This document shows, piece by piece, positions 26,389-36,437 of a DNA stretch of 64,000 nucleotides. Origin of the DNA: a virus; IMG/VR virus record IMGVR_UViG_3300047564_005910, positions 32,001 through 96,000 of that record; one strand, given 5' to 3'. The notes beneath the pieces are model-generated. The model saw nothing but the letters and a program-made list of their open reading frames with translations, ran no database searches and had not been told where the DNA came from. Position numbers and translations under genes: made by a program. Every line of letters starts with the position of its first letter. Position 1 is the stretch's first letter.

Positions 26389-28881
26389 TTAGTAACCTAA
26401 TACTGTTTTACGACGTTGAACACTAAATTCGGCACGTACAGGACGTGGACGGCGGCGATATACTGTTGTCGGCCAGTGTAACTTACCAACGTTTGATACC
26501 TGAATAACCGGTTCACTGTAAATTATTGTTGGCTGGTAGTTATAAGGTGCACGAGCAGTTGAACCTACGTGCATTTGGAATCCAGCAGAATAAGTTTGAC
26601 CGAAGTGATTGTATTGGGAAATACCAATACTTTGAGGTGGGTTTATTGTAATAACCTCATATGCACCAATGCCTCTTCTCATATCTAGAACAGGTACTAA
26701 TTCTTCATTAACTTTAGTATGTGCTATATGATTTACAACAGGGTATGTTGTTTTATCACCGAGAATTGTACGGATACGGTCGTTGTTTGTCGGGCCGCTA
26801 AATACAATTGCTAAGTTACGGTATATTTGAGATGTTCTAAGAACATTAGCAGGTATTTGACCTGTTGCGTATGTAATATTAGGTGCATTCTGAGAAGTAA
26901 GCGGTGCAGTACGTACATACGTACCTGTTGCTGGTAATGTACCAAGTGTGAATACGTTAAATGCTGGCAAGTATCTATTTGTTGTTTGTATTGCACTGCC
27001 GCTCATTGCAACTATTGGAGTTCTTACTGCAAATCTTGTAGGAGGTATAACAACTCTGGCGTTATACTTTGTCTTGTACTGAGATGTAAGACTTGGCATT
27101 TGACTTGCTACGAATGAACCTGAAGCCCATATAAAGATTGTACCTGAAAGAACACGATCACTGTGTATTGTTTGTGCAATATAATCAGTTACAAAGGTAA
27201 CGTTTTGTATATCAAGCGCTGTTAACGGTATACGGCCTGTTGCAGTTAGATCTGTAACAGATATGGTTGTTACAGGAGCTTTATCAATATATGTCTCGTA
27301 TTTACCGAATTTAGTACCTGTATTTACTATTTTGTAATTATCAGGTGTATTAATATTAAGACTAATAGCTGATAATATAACATTTTTAAACGACGATGTT
27401 GTAACGAAGTTAGTAGACGTTAGTCGACCTGTTTTTGTAAAATGCTCTAAACCAGGAGCTGATGTATAGACTACCCAGGTAGATAGTTCTGGGTGATACA
27501 TAGTCCAAGAACCGACCCGTCTAAAATCAACAGCTACAGGCTGTTTTGTAACAACTACTGTATTGACTGAAGGATCAAAGTTAAACATTTGCAGTGCTGA
27601 AACCGGTAGAGAAGATAATGTTCTCCAATGGGATAGGTACTTGTTAATAACTGTTGTATATGAACGACGGAAGTGCTTACTCTTTGCGTACGCTACATCA
27701 ACAGCGGACCAAGCAGAGGTTTTATCAGCAAAAGTGCGTGTTGGTACACCTTGTATTAAGCTCTGTCTTGATGTAGGTACTTTTGTTAAAAATGCACCGT
27801 GGTTACCTACAACGATATCAGCTGGGCCTCTATAAACACCAGCGTGACTTATTGGCATATGCCATCTGTATTTTGTACCCGTTAGTAGATCAAACATTGT
27901 TCTTATATCAGCGGTCTTAGGGTATGGCTTATAAGAATAAAATGCTGATAAGAATTGTTGAGCTGTTTCTCCAGTTGGAAGTGTTTTATTGAAAATACCA
28001 CTGCTTGATAACACTTTATGCAGCTGTGTTAAGTAACCTTGTTTCGAATAACTTTCTTGATCCGGTTTTGTTTGTAAAAATGCATCAAGTTCATAAACAT
28101 CACTAGGAACTAATACCGTAGTTGGGTTAGCATACCCTACTAAGTTTGAGCTAACTGCGCCTACTGTGTTTGCGTATATATTGAACTTAGGCTTACTACC
28201 GTTTATGCGTTGACCGGATGACATTTGGGTCATACTGACATACGCTAAAAAGCTTTCTATCCATACGAATGATGTGACTAACGGATTAGTTGTATCTTGA
28301 CGTATAGTTTTATTACTGTACGGTGTTTGTAATTCAATAGCAACACCGGTTGTTGTTGTCCAGAATGTTAGTTTTGGTCTACTTAACTCAATGCCAGCAG
28401 GAGAAACGTACCATTCATTTATTGGTGTTAATTTTTTAGGAGATTCGTTTGAATATTTTGGGTAATGTATTACAACCGGTATTGGGTTACCTGATGGCGG
28501 TACAACATAAAACCAAAATGGTTGGTTGCGTGTGTTATCAATAAATGATTGACTTATGTATTGGGCACTTGCACCTAAAGTTAAGTTCGACCACGGTACA
28601 CATTTTCCATATGCTTCCTGAATATTATTAGGCTGTACGGTTTCAGGATACCCTGAAACTTGACGGTTTGCAGACGATAAATAGTAGCTTTTAGCAGTAG
28701 TAAAGCCATCATATGTTGGATCGAGTAAAAACCATGGATAACCGATGCCGGGTACACTAAATAATGCATCTGTGAACGGTCTGGTTGCGGAAAGTTTTGT
28801 TAATCTACCTTCTGTAAATAATGAGTTATACTCTTTAAGAGAATACTTCGAGGAACTTAATGTAGGTGCTGCTATTGCCAT
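26389..28881 (-). CDS. Hypothetical late protein, Thr/Ser/Pro-rich and basic (830 aa)
   Basis: ORF track; TAAATA 6 nt upstream; no motif recognised. Confidence 0.75.
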   Translation of the reverse strand: MAIAAPTLSSSKYSLKEYNSLFTEGRLTKLSATRPFTDALFSVPGIGYPWFLLDPTYDGFTTAKSYYLSSANRQVSGYPETVQPNNIQEAYGKCVPWSNLTLGASAQYISQSFIDNTRNQPFWFYVVPPSGNPIPVVIHYPKYSNESPKKLTPINEWYVSPAGIELSRPKLTFWTTTTGVAIELQTPYSNKTIRQDTTNPLVTSFVWIESFLAYVSMTQMSSGQRINGSKPKFNIYANTVGAVSSNLVGYANPTTVLVPSDVYELDAFLQTKPDQESYSKQGYLTQLHKVLSSSGIFNKTLPTGETAQQFLSAFYSYKPYPKTADIRTMFDLLTGTKYRWHMPISHAGVYRGPADIVVGNHGAFLTKVPTSRQSLIQGVPTRTFADKTSAWSAVDVAYAKSKHFRRSYTTVINKYLSHWRTLSSLPVSALQMFNFDPSVNTVVVTKQPVAVDFRRVGSWTMYHPELSTWVVYTSAPGLEHFTKTGRLTSTNFVTTSSFKNVILSAISLNINTPDNYKIVNTGTKFGKYETYIDKAPVTTISVTDLTATGRIPLTALDIQNVTFVTDYIAQTIHSDRVLSGTIFIWASGSFVASQMPSLTSQYKTKYNARVVIPPTRFAVRTPIVAMSGSAIQTTNRYLPAFNVFTLGTLPATGTYVRTAPLTSQNAPNITYATGQIPANVLRTSQIYRNLAIVFSGPTNNDRIRTILGDKTTYPVVNHIAHTKVNEELVPVLDMRRGIGAYEVITINPPQSIGISQYNHFGQTYSAGFQMHVGSTARAPYNYQPTIIYSEPVIQVSNVGKLHWPTTVYRRRPRPVRAEFSVQRRKTVLGY

Positions 28882-28910
28882 ATAATATATTTAATATTTT
28901 TTGTATTATT

Positions 28911-30668
28911 TTATATTGTATCTTGAAAGGTTTTTTCGGCTTTTTGAAACCTGTGCAGCTTAACTGCAGTTATGTCATTATAGTAAATTTCAGCTTCAAA
29001 TATATGTTTTACGTTAATTACAAACCATTGCCCGTAAAACTTATTTTGAAAATCGCCGTCTTCAACACCCTCTGTTCTATCAATACCTATAAAACGGCCC
29101 GGCTCTCTAAATGTTAAACCTAAGCACCGGAAGTTAATAGCAGCGTTTTGAAAAAGACCGGTGTATAGTAAGTTATGTAAACCAGATGATTGACGTATTA
29201 AAGCGCCTCCATCAGCCACATTGTCACCGTAGTTAGAAAAAATAGGATTCATATTGTTATGTTCTCTATCTTTATCAATAGTTATTAAAAATAAATCTTC
29301 CGCTGTACCGTTTTTATAAAGTTTATCGATGTATTTTTTTGACATAAAAGTACGAGCAGCTTTTACGCTATTATTTTGAAACTCTACTTTGTACAATCGT
29401 TGATTATAATCAAATGAATAGACTGGTCTATTAGCAAATTCACGTGTATTTGTATGAGCTGCAATATCTACAAAACGATAGTTAGTAATTTGATTATATT
29501 TTAAAGATTTAACGTCAACCTTATCACTTGTTGAGTTTTTAGAAAGAGGTGCTTTATGTAGTTTAGTTGGTGTGTTTTTATCCCCGGTATACCCTTGTAA
29601 GAAAAAGTGTTCTATTTGGTAATCCCCTGGGTCTTCGGCTCCGTTACCAGCCTTTTCAAAGAAATGAGATACCGGTCTTAGTGTTAGATAACCTTGATCT
29701 TTTTCGTTAGGGCCTTTTTCTTTAATTAAAAGACTAAAATCATTACTTGAACCTTCAGCTACTTGACTAATATGGCGCTCAAGAACGTATTGTAAACTTT
29801 CATAAGCTGAAACTTCTGTTGGGGTTGTGTAAAATATTTTAGCAGGTCCCTCCTCCCACTCTTCTCCTATATCTGCCGTAAAAGAATATGGCATATTTAA
29901 ATTTGCTTCTGGTGTAACTGTGCCTGCAACCGGCATAGTTTTAGTTTCGCTTAACGCTACATCGATAATTTCTTTCATTGCTCGACCCGTGTTTATTAAA
30001 CCTTGTTGTTCGTAGCCGGTAGATTTGTCACCTTCTATATTAGCTGAAGAAGATAAAGCTGTAGAATATTCTATAACTGTGTTTGAAAGTTTTTGAAAAA
30101 TATAATCCCAAAAATACAGCTTTAAACATTTAATAGTTGCTGATGCGGCATTTTGTGCACCGGGTGGTAGATCAACGTCCTCCATATCATATACCGAAAA
30201 TACATGGGATATTGTCCAGAATTTTTTATCTGAAATAACTAAATCAGGAACAGCTATTTGCCCGGTTATTGCGGAGTTTTGTGCTTGGGTATTTGGAACA
30301 ATTCTAATGCGAAGCCTGTCGTTTCCGTCATTTCGAAAGCTATAAAATTGACCAGTGCCAGAATTAAGACCCGTAGCAGCCGAACTTGATTGACCAGTAT
30401 CGCTATTTGTACTACCAGCCTCACCTTCAGGGTTAAACATAAACGTTAACGTACCACGAGTAACCCAGTCAGATAAAGTATCTTCTATTGTTAAGTTAAC
30501 AATAGCGTTAGGGTTAATAGTGTACCTATCTGTTAAAGAATTACCGTTTGTATTATCTAGGTATATTTCAACAAGGTGTTTAACTTGGTTATACTTTGTT
30601 TCGATTTCTTCATTATCTAGCAACGAACTAGTAGTAGATGTAGGGTTTAATGAAAGATTACTAGCCAT
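28911..30668 (-). CDS. Baseplate hub protein, gp27-like
   Basis: IVNLTIEDTLSDWVTRGTLTF at the N-terminus and REPGRFIGI...FYGQWFVINVKHIF at the C-terminus, typical of hub/gpD proteins; follows gp53-like gene. Confidence 0.7.
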   Translation of the reverse strand: MASNLSLNPTSTTSSLLDNEEIETKYNQVKHLVEIYLDNTNGNSLTDRYTINPNAIVNLTIEDTLSDWVTRGTLTFMFNPEGEAGSTNSDTGQSSSAATGLNSGTGQFYSFRNDGNDRLRIRIVPNTQAQNSAITGQIAVPDLVISDKKFWTISHVFSVYDMEDVDLPPGAQNAASATIKCLKLYFWDYIFQKLSNTVIEYSTALSSSANIEGDKSTGYEQQGLINTGRAMKEIIDVALSETKTMPVAGTVTPEANLNMPYSFTADIGEEWEEGPAKIFYTTPTEVSAYESLQYVLERHISQVAEGSSNDFSLLIKEKGPNEKDQGYLTLRPVSHFFEKAGNGAEDPGDYQIEHFFLQGYTGDKNTPTKLHKAPLSKNSTSDKVDVKSLKYNQITNYRFVDIAAHTNTREFANRPVYSFDYNQRLYKVEFQNNSVKAARTFMSKKYIDKLYKNGTAEDLFLITIDKDREHNNMNPIFSNYGDNVADGGALIRQSSGLHNLLYTGLFQNAAINFRCLGLTFREPGRFIGIDRTEGVEDGDFQNKFYGQWFVINVKHIFEAEIYYNDITAVKLHRFQKAEKTFQDTI

Positions 30669-30671
30669 GAC

Positions 30672-31025
30672 TTAGTATTTTGATGTTTGAGTTAATATAC
30701 TTTGAACAACTTCAAATATAGGTACGTCTAAATTTGTACCCGGTTCGAGAAGAGGGATGGGGTTATCGATTTTGTTAAATGTAGTTATTACCCACCACAA
30801 GTTCGGGGTATTATATACTTTATACGATATAAACGGGTAGGTATCACCTATTTTTGTAGTATAGGTATAGTAAAAATTTTTAGGTAATCTGTCAGGAAAC
30901 TTTACTGACTGTAATATATTGTAGTAGTAACGATTGTTTTCATCTACGTTAACTGAAAAAATATTTTCGTAATTTTCAGTGCGTAGACGAGGTAAATCTT
31001 TAATTTGATTTTGTTTGCTAATCAT
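30672..31025 (-). CDS. gp53: LysM-type baseplate wedge protein, gp53-like
   Basis: YTTKIGDTYPFISYKVYNTPNLWWVITTFNKIDNP...GTNLDVP. Confidence 0.8.
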   Translation of the reverse strand: MISKQNQIKDLPRLRTENYENIFSVNVDENNRYYYNILQSVKFPDRLPKNFYYTYTTKIGDTYPFISYKVYNTPNLWWVITTFNKIDNPIPLLEPGTNLDVPIFEVVQSILTQTSKY

Positions 31026-32056
31026 GAGTTATCTCCGACAATTATATCTATTACATCCCGTGCCCCTTCAGATAAAGAATCTCCGACCGTGTCAGTTGTT
31101 TCTGATCGAGTTGATTGGGATACTTTTCCTACTACGGTTTGTTCATTTATTGTTTGAAAAAGATTTTTACTAGGCATAACCATATCTGTTAAGGTTATAT
31201 TAACTTCATAGACGTCAGGAACGTTACATTTATTACCTGCAGAATCAGTTAATAATCTAACATTGCCGCGGTTATTAACCGTTATATTTGTTACGCATGA
31301 TGCGTAGCTATAGTGTTGTCCTGGTACAGTAACTTCGTAGTAAACGGGTGGTATACCGGTAATAAAATCTCTCTTATTAAAAAGATTTTGATTAATAAAA
31401 AGAAAGCATAGCTCTCGGTTTACTTCCCAGTCTTCTGTATAATATTTTGTAGTATTTTGTTTTGTATTAAAGAGAGGAAATTTAATTGTGTAAGATCTAA
31501 AATCGTGACTCTCCCATAATTTAGGTCGATCCATAATACCTACTTTCGGGTAACCTAACGAGAGCCCTGCTAGTATAGCACCACCAGCAAATTCTTTAGC
31601 TTTATCAACAAATTTTGCAGCTCCTTTTCCCATAACTGTACCTGCAAATCCTTCAACAGCGTTACCGGCGGCTTCTAAAGTATCGAGGGACTTCCATTGC
31701 GGGGTGTTTAACTCGAAATTTATGTCAGTAAAAAACGGCATTCTGTAAACAAACCCTGTTTCTTGATCTCTCGGAAAAAGCTCAGCGTAAGGAGCTAATC
31801 TATCCCCACCACCAACAAAATTAGCAGCTCCTGCAGTATAAAAAAACAACTGCCGCTTTATTGCGCTTTCATTTACAGCATATTCCTTTAAAACAATATA
31901 CGGTGCACGCTCTCTTGCTTTATAACTATAAGTCCAAGGAAACTGGCCATGCACATCAATATAAGCAGAACCACCTGCTGGTACAAACTCATTAGCTAAC
32001 CCAGCGCTGTTAATAAATGATTTTGGCTTACCGCCTTGAGAGTATAGTACTGGCAT
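31022..32056 (-). CDS. Baseplate tail-tube cap, gp48-like
   Basis: FRSYTIKFPLFN, PPVYYEV, SCVTNITVN, YEVNITLTD tube-fold motifs; lies between tape measure and LysM gene. Confidence 0.65.
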   Translation of the reverse strand: MPVLYSQGGKPKSFINSAGLANEFVPAGGSAYIDVHGQFPWTYSYKARERAPYIVLKEYAVNESAIKRQLFFYTAGAANFVGGGDRLAPYAELFPRDQETGFVYRMPFFTDINFELNTPQWKSLDTLEAAGNAVEGFAGTVMGKGAAKFVDKAKEFAGGAILAGLSLGYPKVGIMDRPKLWESHDFRSYTIKFPLFNTKQNTTKYYTEDWEVNRELCFLFINQNLFNKRDFITGIPPVYYEVTVPGQHYSYASCVTNITVNNRGNVRLLTDSAGNKCNVPDVYEVNITLTDMVMPSKNLFQTINEQTVVGKVSQSTRSETTDTVGDSLSEGARDVIDIIVGDNS

Positions 32057-32067
32057 ATAATTACTTA

Positions 32068-34593
32068 TTAAGCGGTATCAAGGGTAAATTGGGACCTCAC
32101 GTGCCGTATAGGGTCAAAATTTGTAGCAGCTGCTCTAGATGCTGATTCATATTCTTGCTGCTGTCCTAATAATACTCTTGGTCCTTGCTGACCATCGGGT
32201 AGCATTTTTTTGTCAAGCACTTGTGTAAACTTATACATTAAACGTATTAGGTTTTCTAAAGACATATGTGTTTTTTCAGTATTATCAGAAATGTCCCTTA
32301 AGAACCGTTCATCAATAACTGGTGTATCTGTTGCATCTATATTAATTGGTCTTTCGTCTGTTTGCTGAATATTTTCAGCAGTTCTAATTTGATTTGTTTC
32401 CGGTTGAACGTTTAAGTTTTGTTTTGCATTTTCATCTCTTTTATCTATTTCATTAACAGATAAATCTTGAGATTGATTTACAGAACTTGTGTTATTTTGT
32501 TCGGTGCCTGTCTTTGTTGTAGGTATATTAGTTTGTTTAAGTTGTTCGCTAATATCCTCGCTGCCTGACATAAATGAAGTTAATTTTGACCATATGCCAC
32601 CTACAGAGTCTTTGATAAATTTAAAAGTGTTTTTTATAGTATCTTTTACAAAGTTGAAAATTCTTTTTGTAATATTTTCGTGCACCCATTTACCAATATC
32701 TGTAACTGTTTCAGTTACACTTTTATATGCTTCTGCAAACTTACCGGTTTGATCTTTAACCCAATCTTTACTAACCGAAAATGCTGATGTTACCTTTTCT
32801 TTAAATTTTTTTGCACCATCAATAGCATTTGTAACCGTTGACTTTGTAAAATTAGTAATTTTGTCGGCCATAGCTTTCACATTCGTAGAAGCCCAATCTT
32901 TAACTTTGTCTGCTATAACACCTCCGACTTTTTTGAGGTTATCTAAAGGGCTGGTTTCGAGCTTGACTTCTCCCACCGGGGTATCAATACCTTCTAATTT
33001 TTCGTTTGCATTGTCTTCTAAAGACTTAATAACGTTTGCAGGTAAAACTTTTCTTGCTAACCACTTTACCCACGTCCATGTATTTTTCCACCAATTACGG
33101 GCTTTTTCAAGTATAGCATCTTTAATTGCTGTAAACGGGCTCTTCTTAGGGGTCTCTTGTTTAATATCTTTCTTTTCGTCAGATGTTTTAACATCTAACC
33201 AATCCATAATCATTCCTACAAATGGAACGGCACGACCGAGCCAAATTAAACTATCTTTCCACTGACCTGCGAATAAAGCTTGAGAGCTTTTAATCAACGG
33301 TCCAATTATCGGTAGGTTAATAACCTTACTAGCTACCCATTTACCGAAACCGGTAACCCAGTTAGTTGCTTTGGAAATACCACCTTTAATCGATTCTTGA
33401 GTTTTACCTTCTGTAAAATAATCTATAATATCTAATACGGTGCCAACACCTGGTATTGAGCGAACTAAGCTATACATTGCGTCAACCCATTTGCCTTTTG
33501 ATATGTCTTCGGCCATCTGTATTAACGGACCAACAACGGGAATATATTTGACCCCTTTGTAAATCATTTTACCAAGACCCTTGGCCCAGTCTAACAACAT
33601 ACTACCTTTTTTAGCAGATGCTTCTGCAGAAGAACCGCCTGTTTTAGCATCTAAAACAGCCTGCATTATGTCTACACCAAGACTTAACACCGTACCGAGA
33701 CCTGGGGCTACTAAATCTAGTAATTGTACAGTACCAGATACTAAATCAATAATACCACCAATTGTATCTCCTTTCGAAAATCTTTGAAACGCAAAACCGT
33801 AACTTATAAGTGTTCCAATAATTGGTATTCTTTTAAGAGCACTTTTTAACGTCATTCCAAAAACTTTTTTAGCTAATAGGACTAACCCGCCCTTAATACC
33901 TGCTTTGCCGATAAGTTCAAGTGTTCCTTTAGCACCACCGTCAGTTTTAAACGCCATAACTAACGCAGTTATACCACCTAAAATTAATGCTAAACCACCC
34001 CCTAGGCCTTTTACCCATCCAGGTATACTGCCTAGTAGGCCACCTTCACTATAATCTTCTTCTTTTTCTTTTTCTTCTTCAGTTTTTTCTTTTGGAAAAA
34101 TGCCTTTTAATATTTCAGGTAATTTTTTCTCGAACCCCTCTGTTAAACCCCCTATAATAACCGTTTTAGGTTTTTCATTTACTTCATTTATAACATCAGC
34201 TTCAGTTGCAGAAATACGCTGAGTAAAGCCTTCATTATCTTTAATAGTTGAAGGTAGCTTTTCTTGGGTTTCTTTAACAGATGGCAACTTAAGAGCATCC
34301 GTAGCTTGTTTTACCGGCTCGGCTTTTTCTTCTTTATTTTTACCAAATCTCTTTTTTAAAGCATCATAACCTACCCCGAGCCAACCTTTATCTTCTAAAG
34401 CTTTACCGAAGTTTTCAAATTTTTTAGTATAACTTTCTTTAGTCTGTAAAGCGGCCTTAGACTTTTTCTCTACTTCAGTCAGTATGGCAGGAAACAAACG
34501 GCTTTCAAGTATTACACCTATCCTTTCAGAGATAGCTTGTGACAATACTTCTATACCATCATTACTATTAGTAGTTGTAGCAAAATCCGCCAT
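32068..34593 (-). CDS. Tape measure protein (gp29-like)
   Basis: 841 aa, helical and Gly/Ala/Lys-rich; hydrophobic segment GLGGGLALILGGITALVMAF; repeats IPIIGTLI, IPVVGPLI, IPGVGTVL, LPIIGPLI, VPFVGMIM; follows tail chaperones. Confidence 0.75.
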   Translation of the reverse strand: MADFATTTNSNDGIEVLSQAISERIGVILESRLFPAILTEVEKKSKAALQTKESYTKKFENFGKALEDKGWLGVGYDALKKRFGKNKEEKAEPVKQATDALKLPSVKETQEKLPSTIKDNEGFTQRISATEADVINEVNEKPKTVIIGGLTEGFEKKLPEILKGIFPKEKTEEEKEKEEDYSEGGLLGSIPGWVKGLGGGLALILGGITALVMAFKTDGGAKGTLELIGKAGIKGGLVLLAKKVFGMTLKSALKRIPIIGTLISYGFAFQRFSKGDTIGGIIDLVSGTVQLLDLVAPGLGTVLSLGVDIMQAVLDAKTGGSSAEASAKKGSMLLDWAKGLGKMIYKGVKYIPVVGPLIQMAEDISKGKWVDAMYSLVRSIPGVGTVLDIIDYFTEGKTQESIKGGISKATNWVTGFGKWVASKVINLPIIGPLIKSSQALFAGQWKDSLIWLGRAVPFVGMIMDWLDVKTSDEKKDIKQETPKKSPFTAIKDAILEKARNWWKNTWTWVKWLARKVLPANVIKSLEDNANEKLEGIDTPVGEVKLETSPLDNLKKVGGVIADKVKDWASTNVKAMADKITNFTKSTVTNAIDGAKKFKEKVTSAFSVSKDWVKDQTGKFAEAYKSVTETVTDIGKWVHENITKRIFNFVKDTIKNTFKFIKDSVGGIWSKLTSFMSGSEDISEQLKQTNIPTTKTGTEQNNTSSVNQSQDLSVNEIDKRDENAKQNLNVQPETNQIRTAENIQQTDERPINIDATDTPVIDERFLRDISDNTEKTHMSLENLIRLMYKFTQVLDKKMLPDGQQGPRVLLGQQQEYESASRAAATNFDPIRHVRSQFTLDTA

Positions 34594-34596
34594 TTA

Positions 34597-34620
34597 TCTT
34601 TCTTAAATATTTAAGAAAGA
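34597..34620. repeat. Perfect 24-bp palindrome carrying a TAAATA late promoter at its centre
   Basis: tctttcttaaat|atttaagaaaga is its own reverse complement; ends 3 nt from the tape-measure ATG. Confidence 0.9.
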
Positions 34621-34627
34621 AATCTGT

Positions 34628-35470
34628 TTATGTGTTAAAAAACGATGCGTCGTACGGTAATTCTTTTTCTATTATTACCTCTTTTTGCTCTTTATTTTGA
34701 ACTCTAACTTTAACTTTTAAAACATCTGCTATATGTTGTTTATAGGTTTCTATGTACTTTAGAACGTTTTTAATAACGTTAGCAGGTAGTTTTTCAACAA
34801 TTTTAGTTCTATTTTTAAACGTAAGACTTGCAAAATCGATCACTTGCTCATTAATTTGTACGGATATTATATATTTTGTTATTTCATTAATAAACGTATT
34901 ACCGACAATCTCTCTAAGCTCTTCAGGTGTATCAACATTTAATTTAGTTGTTTTATGAAACTCTTTTTCGAGTTTATTTTCGGTCTCTAACTGAGGTACG
35001 TTACAAGTAACTGTACACTGTTCATGAGTAAAGCTTTCTTGAGTAAAAGTCTTTACATTTTCGTTTAAGTGCTTATAAACATCACTAATCAGAATTGTTG
35101 TTTTTATGTTTTCTTCTAGATTATTTTGTCTTTTTTCTTCGTCAGTAAAAGTAATAGTGTACTCATCAGATATATTTTCAATACGTGTTTTTAAAAAGAT
35201 AAAAAGTTTATCGTAAGAGTTTAAACCACTATACACGCTACTATCAAAACAATTATCTTTTATAATTTTATTAAATGTTAGAACAAACTGTGTGTTATAA
35301 ATTGGTGTATCGATAACCGTCTTTAAGAGCTCTTTTAATTGCTCTGTTGTTAGAACTTTAAATTGTTGCTCGGTATTTTGTGTAGGTATAAAAACATTAT
35401 ACCCGCTACTTTTTTCTAGTGCCTCGAGAGAAGATAGTATAGCACTAAAACTAGTATTATTAGATTCCAT
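34628..35470 (-). CDS. Baseplate hub / tail assembly chaperone, gp26-like (copy 2)
   Basis: VFIPTQ..QFKVLTTEQLKELL, LNSYDKLFIFLKTRIENISD, RTKIVEKLP, ending YDASFF. Confidence 0.7.
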   Translation of the reverse strand: MESNNTSFSAILSSLEALEKSSGYNVFIPTQNTEQQFKVLTTEQLKELLKTVIDTPIYNTQFVLTFNKIIKDNCFDSSVYSGLNSYDKLFIFLKTRIENISDEYTITFTDEEKRQNNLEENIKTTILISDVYKHLNENVKTFTQESFTHEQCTVTCNVPQLETENKLEKEFHKTTKLNVDTPEELREIVGNTFINEITKYIISVQINEQVIDFASLTFKNRTKIVEKLPANVIKNVLKYIETYKQHIADVLKVKVRVQNKEQKEVIIEKELPYDASFFNT

Positions 35471-35492
35471 ATATTTTTTAAAACAAAAAAAG

Positions 35493-36401
35493 TCAACTTA
35501 TAAAGCCGTCGCTAAAGTTTTTATCATACCCGGTACCACTAGGTGCTTGTTGTTCCGCTTCTTGTTTTTTAGCCATGTATGTTTCTAGTTTGCGACAAAA
35601 AATGTAGTATTCCCCTGGGGTACATTCTTCTATATACTCTGGAGTAAAATTACCAAACTTACATAATAAAAATATATTATCGTAAAGAGACAATAACTGG
35701 TCTCCGTATAATAATGTAATTAGACTTATATAGCTTTTAATATTAAAACTAAAGGGTATAAATTCACTTACCCCTTTAATGTGTTCTAGTAAATTTGTTT
35801 TTGAATATATTTCTAGTAAACTGTATATTTTTTTATAGAGGTTAGATATAACTTTTGCTGGTAGCTTTTGTATTGTTTGTATTTTTTCGTCAGTGTTAAA
35901 CTTATAAATTTTAAACTCTGTACCGTTAATTATTATGCTCTCTATGAAAGGTATACAAAATGTTTCGATATCATTCGTCTGTAATTGAGAGAGTTCGTTT
36001 GGTGTGGGTAGTTTATATTTTACTGTAATACCATTTTCTAGTGTATCGTCTTTTAATAGGTTTTTATAATCGATGCTTGATAGTTGTTTTATTATTTCTT
36101 CAATATTAATGTTAAGCTTAACATTTTTTTGTTGGGTGAGTTCTGCATAAACAATATTACCAATACTCATTGAGCGGATGTGGCTTAGTAGAATAAAATA
36201 ATCAATTAAATTGAGCTCATTAATTTCTTCTTTAGTAAGGTTAGTAATTTCAGAAAAAATGTTATTAATGTTTAATAACACGATATCACTATCAGGTTCC
36301 CCTATTAGGCATTTTTGTATAATTTTAAGGTGTTTAAGTTTTAATTCTGAATAAGTTACATTTTTAGTATGCAGAAATGTTTTATATAAAAAAGATGCCA
36401 T
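35493..36401 (-). CDS. gp26-like chaperone fused to a gp51-like C-terminal domain (start revised to ATG 36401)
   Basis: LNLIDYFILLSHIRSMSIGN, ITVKYKLPT, KIQTIQKLP (gp26-like) followed by YDNIFLLCKFGNFTPEYIEECTPGEYYIF (gp51-like); TAAATA lies 7 nt before ATG 36401. Confidence 0.65.
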   Translation of the reverse strand: MASFLYKTFLHTKNVTYSELKLKHLKIIQKCLIGEPDSDIVLLNINNIFSEITNLTKEEINELNLIDYFILLSHIRSMSIGNIVYAELTQQKNVKLNINIEEIIKQLSSIDYKNLLKDDTLENGITVKYKLPTPNELSQLQTNDIETFCIPFIESIIINGTEFKIYKFNTDEKIQTIQKLPAKVISNLYKKIYSLLEIYSKTNLLEHIKGVSEFIPFSFNIKSYISLITLLYGDQLLSLYDNIFLLCKFGNFTPEYIEECTPGEYYIFCRKLETYMAKKQEAEQQAPSGTGYDKNFSDGFIS

Positions 36402-36437
36402 GTTAGTATATTTACGCAATACAGAGCTAACTAGCCA

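Noticed and set aside
32489-33787. Antisense ORFs within the tape measure gene, and similar ones inside gp18, gp17, gp32, gp41 and gp43
   Set aside because: Antisense or off-frame to well-supported genes, with no promoter or recognisable motif; expected from codon bias.
36402-36419. ORF-track starts at 36419 (TTG) and 40893
   Set aside because: The late promoter lies inside the 36419 extension, and 40893 overlaps the terminase; ATG 36401 and ATG 40854 fit better.
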